Assembly: GCA_951406725.2 (NCBI GenBank)
Contig: OX597840.1
Coordinates: 18,910,001-18,974,000 of the forward strand
Reading direction: 5' to 3'
Length of the DNA stretch: 64,000 nucleotides
DNA from: Octopus vulgaris
Lineage: Eukaryota
The notes under the pieces are model-generated. The model saw only the letters and a program-made list of their open reading frames with translations. It did not search any database and was not told the origin of the DNA. The position numbers and the translations under genes were made by a program. Below are positions 13,390-28,130 of the stretch, piece after piece; positions within the stretch are counted from its first letter, which is position 1, and the number at the start of each line of letters is the position of its first letter.

Positions 13390-13827
13390 TATAAATAATA
13401 TATATATATATGCACATATACATACGTATGTGTACATACTTACATCTATGCGTATATATATATGCATATGTGTGCACAGGAAGTCACGAAACGTGTACAA
13501 CAAAAAAGTACGAAGCACGAGTACATGGAACATGAACTGTTCTTTCGAACAACAAATGACACAAATGGAAAACAAAACAAACAACATAAAGAACGACCCT
13601 TCGTCAGTTGTTCGCTGCTTTTCTCATTACATCGACTCCAGTGTTCACCTGGTACGTATTTTATCGTCCCTGTAAGGATGAAAGGCAAAGTCGAGTTTGA
13701 ACTCAGAATGTAAAGGTATTTTGCCCGACGTGCCAACGATTCTGCTAGCTTCTCACCCTCTTCTTCTTCTACTCCCCCCACTACTACTACTACTACCACC
13801 ACCACCACCACCACCACCACCACCAAA

Positions 13828-13886
<59 letters not shown>

Positions 13887-14017
13887 TACAACTACTGATT
13901 ATATTTTTTGCCACAAGGGCCCAAGAATAATTATAATAAACAACTACATAAATAAAGGAATATATAAATAAATAATACTGATGACGACGTTGATGATGAT
14001 GATTATTACGACGATGA

Positions 14018-14250
14018 AAGGCGGCGAGCTGGCAGAAACGTTAGCACGCCGGGCGAAATGCTTGGCAATATTTCGTCTGCCATTACGTTCTGAGTTCAAA
14101 TTCCGCCGAGGTCGACTTTGCCTTTCATCCTTTCGGGGCCGATAAATTAAGCACCAGTTACACACTGGGGTCGATATAATCGACTTAATCCGTTTGTCTG
14201 TCCTTGTTTGTCTCCTCTATGTTTATCCCCTTGTGGGTAGTAAAGAAATA
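14018..14250 (+). mobile_element. SINE family B with 17-bp target site duplication (TSD)
   Basis: Head ggcggcgagctggcagaa, B-box gagttcaaatt; gattattacgacgatga at 14001-14017 and 14251-14267. Confidence 0.92.
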
Positions 14251-14992
14251 GATTATTACGACGATGACGATGCTGATGATGATAATGATGATGATGAAGA
14301 TAGTGATGATGATGGATGATGAAGGTGATGGCGATGATGATGATAATAATATTGTCTAAAATAATAACAATAACAACAACGACATCAAGAATAAGAACAA
14401 CAACAGTAATGTTTTGTTTTCTCATTATTTCCGTCGTCTTTTTTAATCATTCGTTCAGTGGTTGGGGGGGGTACCCCAGTCTTCCAGGAAATAAATAAAT
14501 AAATAGATAAAATAATAAACTAGAATATAAAACAAATAATAATCAAATGGATAGATAAATAAATGAATGCTGATCAATCAGATGGAGCAGGAGATGGAAA
14601 CAAGAAAACAAGCCATTATAAGCTATTGTTTTTGTCAGCCGGACGTTTGCAATGAAATTACCATCACAGCCCACTTATTGGTTAATTGACCGTTTCTGCT
14701 GTAGACATTTTTTGTTGGTAAACCGTTCCTGCAGCATTAATATTAATAAGAAGATAAGGTTAAACTGAGTGTATAATTAATTCGAATGGGCGCTGTTTTA
14801 GAAGCAGATTCTGAACTGTTCAGTCAGCGTTGATTCTTGATTTACTGTTCTGTTGTCCGCTTGAAAGCGGAAATGACATTCATTGAGAAACTAAACATAC
14901 GTACATATTTCATACATATATTCGTGTTTACATAAATAACTATATTATTATACACACATGCATACAGGCATTCATTATCATATCCGTGTATA

Positions 14993-15051
<59 letters not shown>

Positions 15052-15057
<6 letters not shown>

Positions 15058-16018
15058 ACAATTTAACAATAAAACATATGCATACATACATACATATATG
15101 TACATACCTACATCTATATGTATATATACATGCATATATATATATGAGTACAGGACACCACAAATAAACGTAGAACACAACGAGAAAGGAAAACATAAAA
15201 ACAAACAAGGAAACGGACTTTTTTTAACAATGAAAAAACAGAGTACAAGACAAACAATACAAGGAATATTACCCTTCATCAGCTGCCCCTGGTTCGACTC
15301 AATGCGTGTTTCGAAGGTAAGGGCAGAACAAGATCCGGCCGAAGCAATCCTTCCTGCAAAATGAATTAAATAAAATTCTTTTGCAGAGGGGTAAAAAAGA
15401 AAAAAAGTGACAAGAACAAGACGTAAAAGCAATACAAATAAAAATACAGTACACATAAAGAATAAAAACAGGACAATGAAACCAACATTGAGGGCTTTTT
15501 AAAGCCTAGACGGTGGAAAAATTCGTTGGAACGCGGTTCAGAAGATCGACTTGCTAGAGACAGAAGAAGTCGATGTTCACTTGTTGAAATCTGCGAGCGA
15601 AAGAAAGTTTAGTAGCCCGGTCAGCGGCCAGAGAGAGGAGGAGTGAGAGAGAGAGAGAGAGAGGAAAAGAAACCAGAAAGGGTGAAAAATAAGAAGGAGA
15701 GAGACAGGTAGAGAGGAAGACAGACAGGCAGGAAGGAAAGGTCAAAGAGTGCGCGTCATAATTATTAATAAAAACTTACTTGGAGGATAAGAAGCGACGC
15801 GAGACGTTCAGTCATATAATAACAATTTAACAATAAAACATATGCATACATACATACATACATATATATACACACCTACATCTATATGTATATATACATG
15901 CATATATATATATATATATGAGTACAGGACACCACAAATAAACGTAGAAACGAAGACATAAAAACAAACAAGGAAACGGACTTTTTTTAACAACGAAAAA
16001 ACAGAGTACAAGACAAAC
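15052..16018 (-). mobile_element. Non-coding ~765-bp unit with a ~200-bp terminal direct repeat, bounded by (TA)n
   Basis: 15052-15254 recurs at 15817-16018; related fragments near 3826-4075, 10598-10860, 34810-35202, 38690-39045, 43797-44110, 44643-45020 and 45560-46085. Confidence 0.7.
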
Positions 16019-16046
16019 ATATATATATATGTATGTATGTATATAT

Positions 16047-16101
<55 letters not shown>

Positions 16102-16105
<4 letters not shown>

Positions 16106-16745
16106 GTCATCCCATAAATAATGCGATATTTTTATACTTTTATTTTTCAAAATTAAGATAAAGTTCTCTTTTAATCTAAAATATACTCTCCTTCATTTTC
16201 TACAATGCTCTTCCATCTATCTGGTAGATTTGCAAGGCTCCTCTTCTAAAATTCCGTTCTTCGTGACGAAAACTACTCTTCCATTACTGTTCTGACCTCG
16301 TCTACAGAGTTCATACTTTTTCCGTCCAAATGATTTTGAAGACTGCGAAATAAATGATAATTAGACGGCGTAATGTCCGGCGAATATGGTGGGTTGGGTA
16401 TTGTTTTCCATTCAAACTGCTCCAGCCTTTGGAATGTCATCCTCACTGTTAGAGGCCGAGTATTATCCTTATGGAAGAACACTTTTCGTCTTGAAACCAA
16501 AGATGGTCGATTTTCTTCTAGCGCTAACTTAAGCCGGTCAAGATGCTCATAGTAGATCTCCCTTGTTAACGTTTGGTTTGGGTTTAAAAGTTCAAGGTGG
16601 ACTAAACTTTTCATATCCCACCAAACATGGGTGAAGACCTTCTTTAGCATGGGGTGCCGGTGTTTCTCCTTTCCCTACTCACTACCTTCTGCGCTTGACA
16701 TGTTTATAGAGAACCTATTTCTCGTCACCAGTAGAAAAGAATATT
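16102..16745 (-). mobile_element. Mariner transposon 3' fragment (defective transposase plus one TIR)
   Basis: TGDEK*, VWWD, HKDNTRP and PPYSPDITPSNYHLF motifs; TIR-like ttgggtcatcccataaataatgcg abuts TA. Confidence 0.92.
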
Positions 16746-17835
16746 TTTCTCCCATTAAACACATTTTATGGAATGCTGCTGCCGATGTAACACGCGTGGA
16801 CCATTGGTGGAATATAAGCAACAAAAAGAAATTTTTACCCCCACCTCAATCAACTGAAGCCGTGTGTGTGTGTGTAAGAAAAAGCATTTCCTAAAAGAAA
16901 AGCATGCTATTAAAAGGAATTTTCGTTTACGTTACACTTTTTAAAAATCACTGTGGATAAATGCCAGCAATGATCTTTTCTGGTTTTCCAATATTTTAAT
17001 TTATACACAGAAACAATTGAGGACAGGGTGGGGTTGCACAAAATCCCTAATTTCTCAAATTTTCTTTTTTATAGCATATAAATGCATTTATGAGTAAAAA
17101 ATATTGAAAAACATCAATACATGCGAGAGTGATAAAGAAACGAGGCGGGTCGTCTTCGGATGTGCTAGAAACAACAGTCAAATCTCCCTTAAATCACTCA
17201 CTTTTCCCTCTGAAAATATTAACAATTTTTTTTTTACCGGAAAGGCTCCTCCCACTGTTTTGGAGTACAAAAAAATTGGCCATAATAGGTCCGGAGTGGG
17301 ATGATCAGGTAATGGGAGTTGTAAAAAAAATTTCAAAACTTTTGTCATGCAAAGATGCCCAGCCCACCCCACCCCATCATTTCCAAAGCTGTGGTTTAAA
17401 AAAAAATGGGGTAAATTCCCGTCAAAACAGAGTAGTTCTAATTTATTTGGTCTTCCTGATCCGAAACTCCAATCCCTACCACCCTTGGAAATAATTTTCC
17501 CCATAAATCTCTTTATAATCGTAATCTATACCGTTTGAAAGGGATTTGTATAAACTTTCATTAAAAGATGCCCATTTTCCTGAAAGTTACGAGGGAAAAA
17601 AGTCGGATCGTGTGAATTTTCCGAAATGCCACCCCTCGGAAAAATTCTTTCCCATAAATCCCCTATATATCCTGAAGCCACAACGTCTAAGCGGTACTGT
17701 AGAAAATTTTGCTAAAAAGTATCCATTTTTTGAGGGCGTACACATCTGTAGAAATTCCCTTTTATTTATACGATTTTTTTTTCATTTCATATGTATTTCA
17801 TTCATTGTTTCAAACGTTCTCTCTTTCTCTCTCTT

Positions 17836-17867
<32 letters not shown>

Positions 17868-18176
17868 GCCCACACACGCACACAACGCAAAGCCTACAGA
17901 TCGGCTGCTGAATTTAAATATCTATGTTGCTTTGAGGGAAAGGTAAAACTTAACAAACTGCTTCCCCCTCCTTGTTGGACTACCATGATGTTTCTTTAAA
18001 AAAGAGAGATTATGACTGTGATAAAATAATGAAAGCAATATTCACGAAGCAACTGAGCGCTATTATATAAAGAAATAATTAGATGTAAAATATCACAAAA
18101 ATTTTAGAATTGAGAAACAAATGTGAAAATATTAGGAAAATGCTAAAAGAAAACATCCTGGAGGGGATCTCTGCTA

Positions 18177-18243
<67 letters not shown>

Positions 18244-18364
18244 CCTCATTTGTACTTTTTGAATTCGTTAGTACTAGCGGTCGAAGATGGTTTGTCTGGG
18301 ATTACTCATATCAGACGGGTATGTTCGATTTTTAGTGCTCTCAAATCCAAATCAAAAGAAATCT

Positions 18365-18426
18365 TTGAGCTGACGAAGGAAATGTTGATCTTCATATTCA
18401 ACTAATCCAGAAACGGCCGTTCTCAA
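18365..18426 (+). ncRNA. Type I hammerhead ribozyme motif
   Basis: ttgag CTGACGA a-gga..gttga..tcaac..tcc-a GAAA cggccg TT ctcaa; stem III is palindromic. Confidence 0.75.
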
Positions 18427-18709
18427 GTAATCTTATGTAAGTGTGATCTTTCGTTATTTGTCCCTCTATACTTGTGTGATTTATTTTTGAGTATGCATTG
18501 TCTGGGAGATTTTTCTTATAGTAGAAGAGATAGCTAAGATTTTTTGGCTGCTATTTCTAAAAGTTCGGTGTGTGGTAAAGTGAATTATTTTACTGAACCC
18601 TAATTATATAACGTAATGTTTTAAATATACCGTAAATGGTCTTTTTACATACTGAACACTACTTGGTAAAATTAATTAATAATTGATTAATTTTACCCTT
18701 TTATTGTTG

Positions 18710-18784
<75 letters not shown>

Positions 18785-18830
18785 CGTACATGTATATAAG
18801 TATATAAATATATATATATATATATATATA

Positions 18831-18874
<44 letters not shown>

Positions 18875-18889
18875 GTACATGTATATAAG

Positions 18890-18937
<48 letters not shown>

Positions 18938-18947
18938 TAGATAGATC

Positions 18948-18989
18948 TGTGCTGATGAAGAGAAATAACCCAGAAACCATTGGTACACA
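18948..18989 (+). ncRNA. Minimal type I hammerhead ribozyme motif
   Basis: tgtg CTGATGA agag-aaataa-ccca GAAA cca-t-tgg TA caca. Confidence 0.7.
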
Positions 18990-18992
18990 CCT

Positions 18993-19651
18993 ATTAGTAA
19001 CACATTATAATAAACCCCCTTATAAGTATATATATATATATATATACAATATTTTGCACATGCAAACTGATAAACATAAGAAAAGTTAATACAGGGGAGT
19101 AAGGGTTAAGGGGGGTAAGATCGAAGAATATGGCAAAGAAGCTTGCATTAAGTATTACTAGGTTTCGGGTGGATATTATTTGAAATTACTGAACGTGTGC
19201 TTTCTAGATCTTTTCCTTAAGATAAAGGGAAGTCTCTCTGTCTTTTATGCATGGAAGAACAATATTTTATTCACTTCTCTAAAGATAAATTGGTAAACAA
19301 ATTTACAGAGAGAATTTTCAAATGCCTCCATTGGACAAAACACACTGAGAGGTGCCAGAGCGATGGAAAAGGGGGGAAAAGTGGATGAAAGAGGAAAACA
19401 TTCTATGAATGCACTGCGAAACATCTTCACACTTCAACCCATTTCCGCTCTGTGTGTCAGGAAAGAAATTTCATTAACCGCATTTTCTTCTTCTTCTTCC
19501 TCTTATCTAGAAACCAGGTAAGCTTCTTATTTTATAATCGTCAAGGAATTTACCAAAAGAGCATATGTTATGAATAAATTAACATACAGTTACATGTGCA
19601 TACATGCATATATGCATATATACATAATATATATGTGTGTGTGCATGTATG

Positions 19652-19688
<37 letters not shown>

Positions 19689-21381
19689 TATGTGTGTGTG
19701 TATGTATATAGGTATGTATACGTGTGTATGTATATAAGTATGTATGCATGTGTATGTATGTGTATAAGCCTTGCTGTGAAATTCAACTCCCCAAAGGAAT
19801 TTGGCAACTTAATTACTGAATTAGAGAACCTGGCCTAATTACATAGGAATATATAAATATATATAGACTTATTTATCAAGCGATGTACCTTATTATTTCC
19901 TGTGGGTTGGTTGCTTGCTTGGTTTGTTGGCTGGCTGATTAGTTGGCTGGCTTGTTAATTGCTCAGTCGGTTGGTTGGCTGGTTGGCTGGTTGTTTGGCT
20001 TGCTGGCTAGTTGGCTGGTTGGCTTATTTGCTAAGTGGTTGGCTGGCTTGCTGGTTGGCTTGCTGGCTGTTTCGTTGGTTGGCTGGTTGATTGGCTTTTT
20101 GGTTAGTTGGGTTCCTGGCTTTTTGGTTGATTATTTGGTTGATCGGTTGACCTCTACCCTTTGACCTCTCCAGCATAGAAGATCCTTCCAGAAGTTTCCA
20201 CTCCATCGGTGTAACTCCCAGCCTGATGGAGGCATACAAACCCGCACCCCGCAACAACGGCTGTATTTTGCGACAGTTTCTTGAGAATGGCCCTTGGCAA
20301 TATTCTGTGAGACGAAAGGCGAAGGTTGCGTTGTCCTAGTTAGGGAGTGGAGGGAAAAAACATGGGGGTATGAAACACAGTCCTGGGGTGGGTGGGTGGA
20401 ATAGTTAGACTGCTTTTATGCTTTAGTGTAACTTTTGTAATGTCCTTACTTTTGCTAATTTCCCTTTGGTCGTTGTAAAAACTCCGACATGTCTTCGTTT
20501 CGGGTGAGGGTGAGTTGCATTTCGTCTTTCACATTATTCAATGTCTTCAGCTTCTGTGGCCAATGGAACAAACGAAGACCACCAGCACCAGCACCATCAC
20601 CACCACAACCTCCACAACCATCATCCTTATCAACACCACTACCACCCTCCTCCTTCTTCTCCTCCCCCTCCTCCTCCGCTTCCGCATCTTCTTCTTCTAC
20701 TTCTTCTTCTTCCTCCTCTTCCTCCCCTTCTTCTTCTTCTTCTTCTTCCTCCTCTTCCTCCCCTTCTTCTTCTTCTTCTTCCTCCTCTTCCTCCCCTTCT
20801 TCTTCTTCTTCTTCTTCTTCTTCTTCCTCCTCTTCCTCCCCTTCTTCTTCTTCTTCTTCTTCTTCTTCTTCTCCTCTTCCTCCCCTTCTTCTTCTTCTTC
20901 TTCTTCTTCTTCTTCTTCTTCCCCCCTTCTTCCCCATCTTCTTCTTCTTCTTCTTCCTCCTCTTCCTCCCCTTCTTCTTCTTCTTCTTCCTCCTCTTCCT
21001 CCCCTTCTTCTTCTTCTTCTTCCTCCTCTTCCTCCCCTTCTTCTTCTTCTTCTTCTTCTTCCTCCTCTTCCTCCCCTTCTTCTTCTTCTTCTTCTTCTTC
21101 TTCCCCCCTTCTTCCCCATCTTCTTCTTCCTCCTCTTCCTCCCCTTCTTCTTCTTCTTCTTCCTCCCCTTCTTCCCCATCTTCTTCTTCTTCCTCCTCCT
21201 ATTCACCTCCCCCTCCTCTTCACCCATTCTTTCTCTTCCCCCTCCTTCCCCTCTTCCTCCCCTTCTTCTTCCTCCTCTCCTCCTCCTCATCAACACTATT
21301 GTTGTTGTTGTTCTTAGTGTTGTGGCTGCTGCTGGTGGCATTATTAAATTAGAATAACACTCACATGAATATATTTGCATG
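18993..21381 (+). repeat. Segmental duplication, copy 1 (inverted relative to 41897-43592)
   Basis: Unique blocks 19115-19600, 19770-19990 and 20115-20580 match the reverse complement of copy 2 with scattered substitutions. Confidence 0.92.
20645..21290. repeat. Almost pure pyrimidine (CTT/CCT)n tract with a higher-order unit
   Basis: Repeated (ttc)n-ctcctcttcctcccc. Confidence 0.95.
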
Positions 21382-21480
21382 TGTGTATGTATATATATGC
21401 ACACACTCACACACATACAAACATACACACACGCACTCACACACATACATATATGTATTCATTTATGTCCACACAATCGC

Positions 21481-21527
<47 letters not shown>

Positions 21528-21649
21528 ATGATGTGAACATGAACGTGACCAAGTAGAAGAAAACGAAGGAAGGTGGACGTCTTTTAAAATCATGTCACAT
21601 AGAAACATCAAAGAATTTCGGATCTGCAAGAATGGCGTCACAGCATCTG

Positions 21650-21720
<71 letters not shown>

Positions 21721-22168
21721 GAGGTAAAAGGAAATATAGGGAAAGAGAGAGAGATAGGTCATCTGAAGTAGAGAGAAAGAGGTAGAAGGAAAAACAGGGA
21801 GAGTGGGAGAGAGAAAGAGAGTGAAAGGATGAGAATGTCACTGACAATGTTGTTCTTAAGATGGATGGAGTGTTGCGTGTTTTATGCAGGCACGTGAATT
21901 GCTTGCGCATGCGTGAAAGATGCTTGATTTAAGTCTGTGTGTGTGTGTGTGTGTGTGTATGTGATTGAGTATAAATTTGTGTATGCATGTTCGCATAACA
22001 TCTTTAAGTGCGTGCGATATTTGCATTCATACATACATATATACATACATACATACATACATACATACATACATACATACATACATACATACATACATAC
22101 AAACACACATACATACATATATACATACATACATACATACATACATACATACACATACACACATACCT

Positions 22169-22199
<31 letters not shown>

Positions 22200-22468
22200 C
22201 ACATACATACATACGCACACACACACACACAATAAATAATGTCAAAGAGTAATCAGAAATATTTGAAATTTCCATTACCATTGGTCTAGCGTGTAAAAAT
22301 TTAGTCAATAGACTATATATTATTCATATAAATACAGTGTACATTTAAACACACAAGAGGTATCCACCATAGGATCCTTACACGCTAGAGAGGACAGTTA
22401 AGTTCCAAACCACTGGTAAGGATAAAATTTCGAAAGGAATGAAAAATAAATACATTTACCATCTAACT

Positions 22469-22537
22469 CCTGGACCAATGGTTTCAGACTTTTTTAGCAA
22501 ATAAAATAATTTGCTAGGCGAAGTCTTCTTCAGCAGG
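22469..22537 (-). ncRNA. Type I hammerhead ribozyme motif (GUC site)
   Basis: rc: cctg CTGAAGA agactt..tagcaaat..atttgcta..aagtct GAAA cca-t-tgg TC cagg; lies between inverted repeats 22231-22324 and 22693-22789. Confidence 0.8.
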
Positions 22538-22821
22538 TACACCTTAGATTAAATATATACACACGAGACAATCCAGTATAGGCCCCGTGATTATACATTC
22601 TAATTTTTCAAATCTACCGCGCAAGAGCAGCTGCTTGTCGGCAGTAAATAAAATGCCGGCTTTTTCAATTCGAAAATTTTCCATTTTATTTTAATAATAT
22701 ATAGTCTATTGATTAAATTTTTACACGCTAGACCACTGATAATGGAAATTTCATATATTTCTGATTACCCTTTGACATTATTAATTATTGATAATTTTTC
22801 TGGAAAATTCCGTCGATAAGC

Positions 22822-23131
22822 GTTCCAGTTGATCCGATCAACGGAACAGCCTGCTCGTGAAAAGAACAGACAAGCGTACCCTTCACGTAGTTCTCAGAGA
22901 GATCCAGCGTGACACAGAATGTGACAAGGCCGGTCCTTTGAAATACAGGTGCAACTCATTTTTGCCAGCTGGGTGAGCTGGAGCGACGTGAAATAAAGTG
23001 TCTTGCTCAAGGACAGAACGTGCCGCCATGAATCGAAATAAAGTGTCTTACTGAAGGACAGAACGTGCCGTCATGAATCGAAATCACGACCTTACGATCG
23101 TGAACCCTAGCCACTGAGCCATGCACCTTCA
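22822..23131 (-). mobile_element. SINE family C (tRNA-derived), diverged
   Basis: rc head gaaggtgcatggctcagtgg, ttcgattc, gagcaagacactttatttcacg; internal ~40-bp duplication. Confidence 0.7.
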
Positions 23132-23521
23132 CAGGAGAAACTATGGCGGACAGACAGATACACACGCACGCAAACACGTGCACACACGCACGCATAAACA
23201 CATGCACGTAGCCACTCCTAATTCCTTCTTCCTTGACCTTAAACAATACTAAGCCCTACAACACGCAAAGATTAACAGCCACAACCACACACACACGTTT
23301 ATCATTGCACACATACACACACACACACACACACGCACACGCAGACCTTCGCGCACGCACATATCCACACTTACACACACATACCTCCTCTTGCACTCTC
23401 CTGTCTTTGAAAGAACTTTTCTTCACCCAGTTCCTTCCGTCATTCAAAATGTGTCCGCGTGTGTACCGTTGGCGATTTTTTTCCCTCTGTCTTCCCTCCT
23501 CTGGATCTTTCCTTATCCTAT

Positions 23522-23556
23522 GTTTCCGACGAAGAGCTCCGCTCGAAACGTTAAAC
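23522..23556 (+). ncRNA. Minimal HHR-like motif in a PLE pLTR-like fragment (23230-23655)
   Basis: gttt CCGACGA a-gagc-tcc-gctc GAAA cg TT aaac; related motif at 28463-28496. Confidence 0.55.
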
Positions 23557-23879
23557 CCTCCTTCTTTCCTTCTTTCCTGAGCGTCCAATAACACTATATT
23601 TGTTCCACGTCCTCGCCTTGTGTTTTTTTGTGCTTTCATGTTTGGATAAACTATATATATATATATATTTTTATAATATATATATTATTTTTCACCTATT
23701 TCCGAATTACATTATTTGGCGGTTAGAGTTATGGCTGCTCTGTCTAGTGGACGAATGGCCTGTTAAGGCCATTCCTAAATTGTTATATATTTACATTTTA
23801 GTCTCATGACTATTTTTCTTTTCCACTGGGCCGCTGGTAGTGATAAATTTCCATCGAATTTTTTACTACCCTAAATTGA

Positions 23880-23922
<43 letters not shown>

Positions 23923-24755
23923 TTAGTTTTCTCCTGCCAAATTCACCGACAGCCTGAGGTTATGGTGAAAAAATCCGCAGGTAGCCACGCAGTGGAACTG
24001 AACCCGAAACAACGTGGTTGAGAATGTGACGTCTTAGCCCCTTACCCACAACATATTTATATATATGTTGTATAAATGCGAGTGTGTGTTGGTGTGTGCA
24101 TTTCTGATTTGCGTGTGCGCGTGTGTATCACGAAGGACCCTATCTCCCTTATCCTACTTCTCTCTCATTCGCTCCTCCTTTCATACATATATCTACTCTC
24201 ACTAATGCTCATTTTTTCAATTTCATACACATAGTTTTAAACATATTTATGACCAACACAATAGTTGTAAATCTTCATGAATTAGTCGTACGCTGGAGAC
24301 TTCATAAAATAATGCAAGGCCAGATTACATGGAAGCTTTTAAAAAATGCAAGCTATATTTTAAACATAAAACAAATTAGTAAAAACCCCAAAATTATATA
24401 GAAAAATCACAGCTCATTGCGTTTTATTAACTGTGTTTGGGGATAAGAGACTTACGCCATAAACACGTTCTCAGGACGCCAGATGATGTGTGGATTTTCT
24501 GAAGCCATAGCTTATGTATAGCGTATTTAAACCTTGTTTATTATTTGTTTTTCATTTTGTCGAGGCAGTGAAGGATCTGCTGCAGAGAATTTGATTTATC
24601 TAAGTTTAATTTCTTCTTCACTGCTCTTGAGTTTCCCTGTTATTCGTCAGGCGAAAAATGTTTGTGTATGTATGTGTGTGTATGCATGTATATATATTAT
24701 GTACGTCTGTATGCAAATATATTTATGTATATATATATATGTGAATATATATATG

Positions 24756-24789
<34 letters not shown>

Positions 24790-24903
24790 TTAATCAAATA
24801 TATTCAATGAGAATACAATATACTGAATTAGCTCTTGATAGGGAAATGTCTAAAACATTGAAGGCATTTAGACGCTTAATAAGAGTGATTATATATTATA
24901 AAA

Positions 24904-25653
24904 CTAGCTTAAGGCGACCCGCTCTACGCGCGGGTAAGAGTGTGGTTGTTGCTTTCTGTTGCTTCCTTTCTGTTTTTTATCACAACATTCTCCCTCTTTG
25001 TTTCTCTCCCCTTTCTCTCGTACTTTCCCACTCTCTTACTCTTCCTTTCTCTCGGAATCTCCCTCGCTTTCTCTTACTCTCTATCTTTATCTCTCTCTTT
25101 CCCATTTATAAAGAACAACAGATCTTGAGTAAGTTGAGAAAGAAAATATTTTGAAAGATCAATCATAAACATCAGGCAGTGACAACGGAAAGGTCTGCTT
25201 CAAAGCAGACAGCAAAACACTAACATTTAAAAGGGGCAGACGAACTTGCGAGCTGAATAAAAATAAAAAAAAATATTGGAAACCAAAGTTTGAAGGGATA
25301 GAATCTGAGGATAATAGAGTCCCCATGGCTGGTATTTCTTAACGACGGACAGCAACGTAGTGGAAGTTTAACGGCTGGCGTAAAATTTTGAACTTGATGC
25401 AAAAGAAAATTCCTAAACACCTGCTCGTGTAAATTTTAATCCCCTTCCAGCCCCATTTAGACCCCTTTTCACATTTTGGTTAATATAACCCGATTTCATT
25501 CGGCTCTACTCGGGCCACATTTTATAAGATGAGGAATTTTGTCCTAGAAGTCACGCCTTTCATTTGAAGAAAAAAATAGTTGCCATGCAAACTCGCCAGC
25601 ACTTTTAACATAGGTGTGCATATTTTCAGCTCAACCGACTACATAATGTACAC

Positions 25654-25712
<59 letters not shown>

Positions 25713-25749
25713 GCATTAAATATATATATATATGTACATATATACGCAT

Positions 25750-25782
<33 letters not shown>

Positions 25783-26364
25783 ACGCATTATATATACAAA
25801 TGTATACAAATTATATATATATACATATATATATATACAGATATATACACTTTGTATATATACATTCTATATACATATTTATATATAGAACACACACACA
25901 CGCATATAAATTAACCCAATAAATATCTGATTCATAATATTTGTTCTCATGATTGTGTGGTGATTGTGGCGGTGATAATTCTCTCTATGAATGCACACAG
26001 ATGTAGAGAGAGAGGGGGGATGTGGGAGAAATAGTGACAGCGCTGGCGAAGGCGGCGGGGGAAAGACAGTAGACGCTGTCAAACGACGTTATAGAGAGAA
26101 TGTGAAATGAAGGGAGAAAAGAGAGAGAGATGGAGGAATACAAGCAGATAAGAGAATGGGAGGAGACTTGTCAAAGTGTGCGTTTTTTGCCCTAGTAATC
26201 CACACCTTTTAAGATAGGGATTTCTAACCTAGCTCACTCACATCCTCATCTCATTTTACATGTCTCTGTAAATTTTGGAGTCAATCCGATGAGATCTAGT
26301 GTCCTTTAACCCGTTCCAGTACCAAAACCAGACAAACAAACTTTTCGCATTTCAGATTTATAGA
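24904..26364 (-). mobile_element. Non-autonomous Helitron-like element
   Basis: rc begins TCtataaatctg..gtttgtttgtctg; ends with hairpin acccgc..gcgggt then CTAG; lies between A and T. Confidence 0.7.
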
Positions 26365-27109
26365 TATTGACAAGCAGATAAGAGAATGAGAGTAACGAAA
26401 AAAGACTTGTCAAAAGTGGGCCTTTTTGCCCTAGTAACCACAGCTTTTGAGATAGGGTTTTCTAACTTGCCCACTCACATCCTCACCTCATTTTACATGT
26501 CCCAATATAAATACCAAAACTAAGAGGACGGAACACTTTAAGAAAGAGATAAAAATACTTAGTTACTAAAACTATTTTAAACAATATGTCCATATTGTAT
26601 AACGTTAAAATTTAGGGTTATCAGGATAATTTATCATTGAGGTGAGAGAATAAATTTACAATTAATTAGTTAAATTATAATCTAAGCTGTTTAATTTTAA
26701 GTTGTGAAGATACCCATATTGTTTTTTATAAGCTAAGTATGAATTTATAGGGGTACAAAAATATAGGTTTGTCTGAAGGCAATTATAAAGTATTAAAAAG
26801 ATCAGGTAGGGTAGAAACTCCCTAGAAAAGGATATAAAATAGCTCAATTACTAAAATCAGGATGAATTGAAGTTACTAAGTTGTATACAACTTAGTAACT
26901 TCAATAGAGAAGATTTATAGAAAACATGTAATAATTCATGTATTTAAAACTAAAAATTGTTTATTTACTTAATTAGCTTGCATCCATAATGACTGCTCCC
27001 CAGTATTAACTAAAAGGAAATTAATGCTGTAGGGCATGCTACCTATGCACTGGTTTTAAACTAAGAGGTACATTATAGGTTTTAAAACACAAGATCAATA
27101 AAGTGCTAC

Positions 27110-28130
<1,021 letters not shown>

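Noticed and set aside
17020-17774. Possible minus-strand Helitron-like element
   Set aside because: A TC-type 5' end is plausible near 17773, but I could not find a matching hairpin plus CTAG end.
19363-20339. Possible two-exon 106-aa ORF (19363-19517 joined to 20174-20339)
   Set aside because: No recognisable domain; copy 2 has a frameshift in the first segment and a stop in this frame of the second, so coding potential is not conserved.
20455-21446. Long poly-E/S/L/K ORFs up to 287 aa
   Set aside because: All arise from the CTT/CCT tract, which is nearly absent from the duplicate copy.
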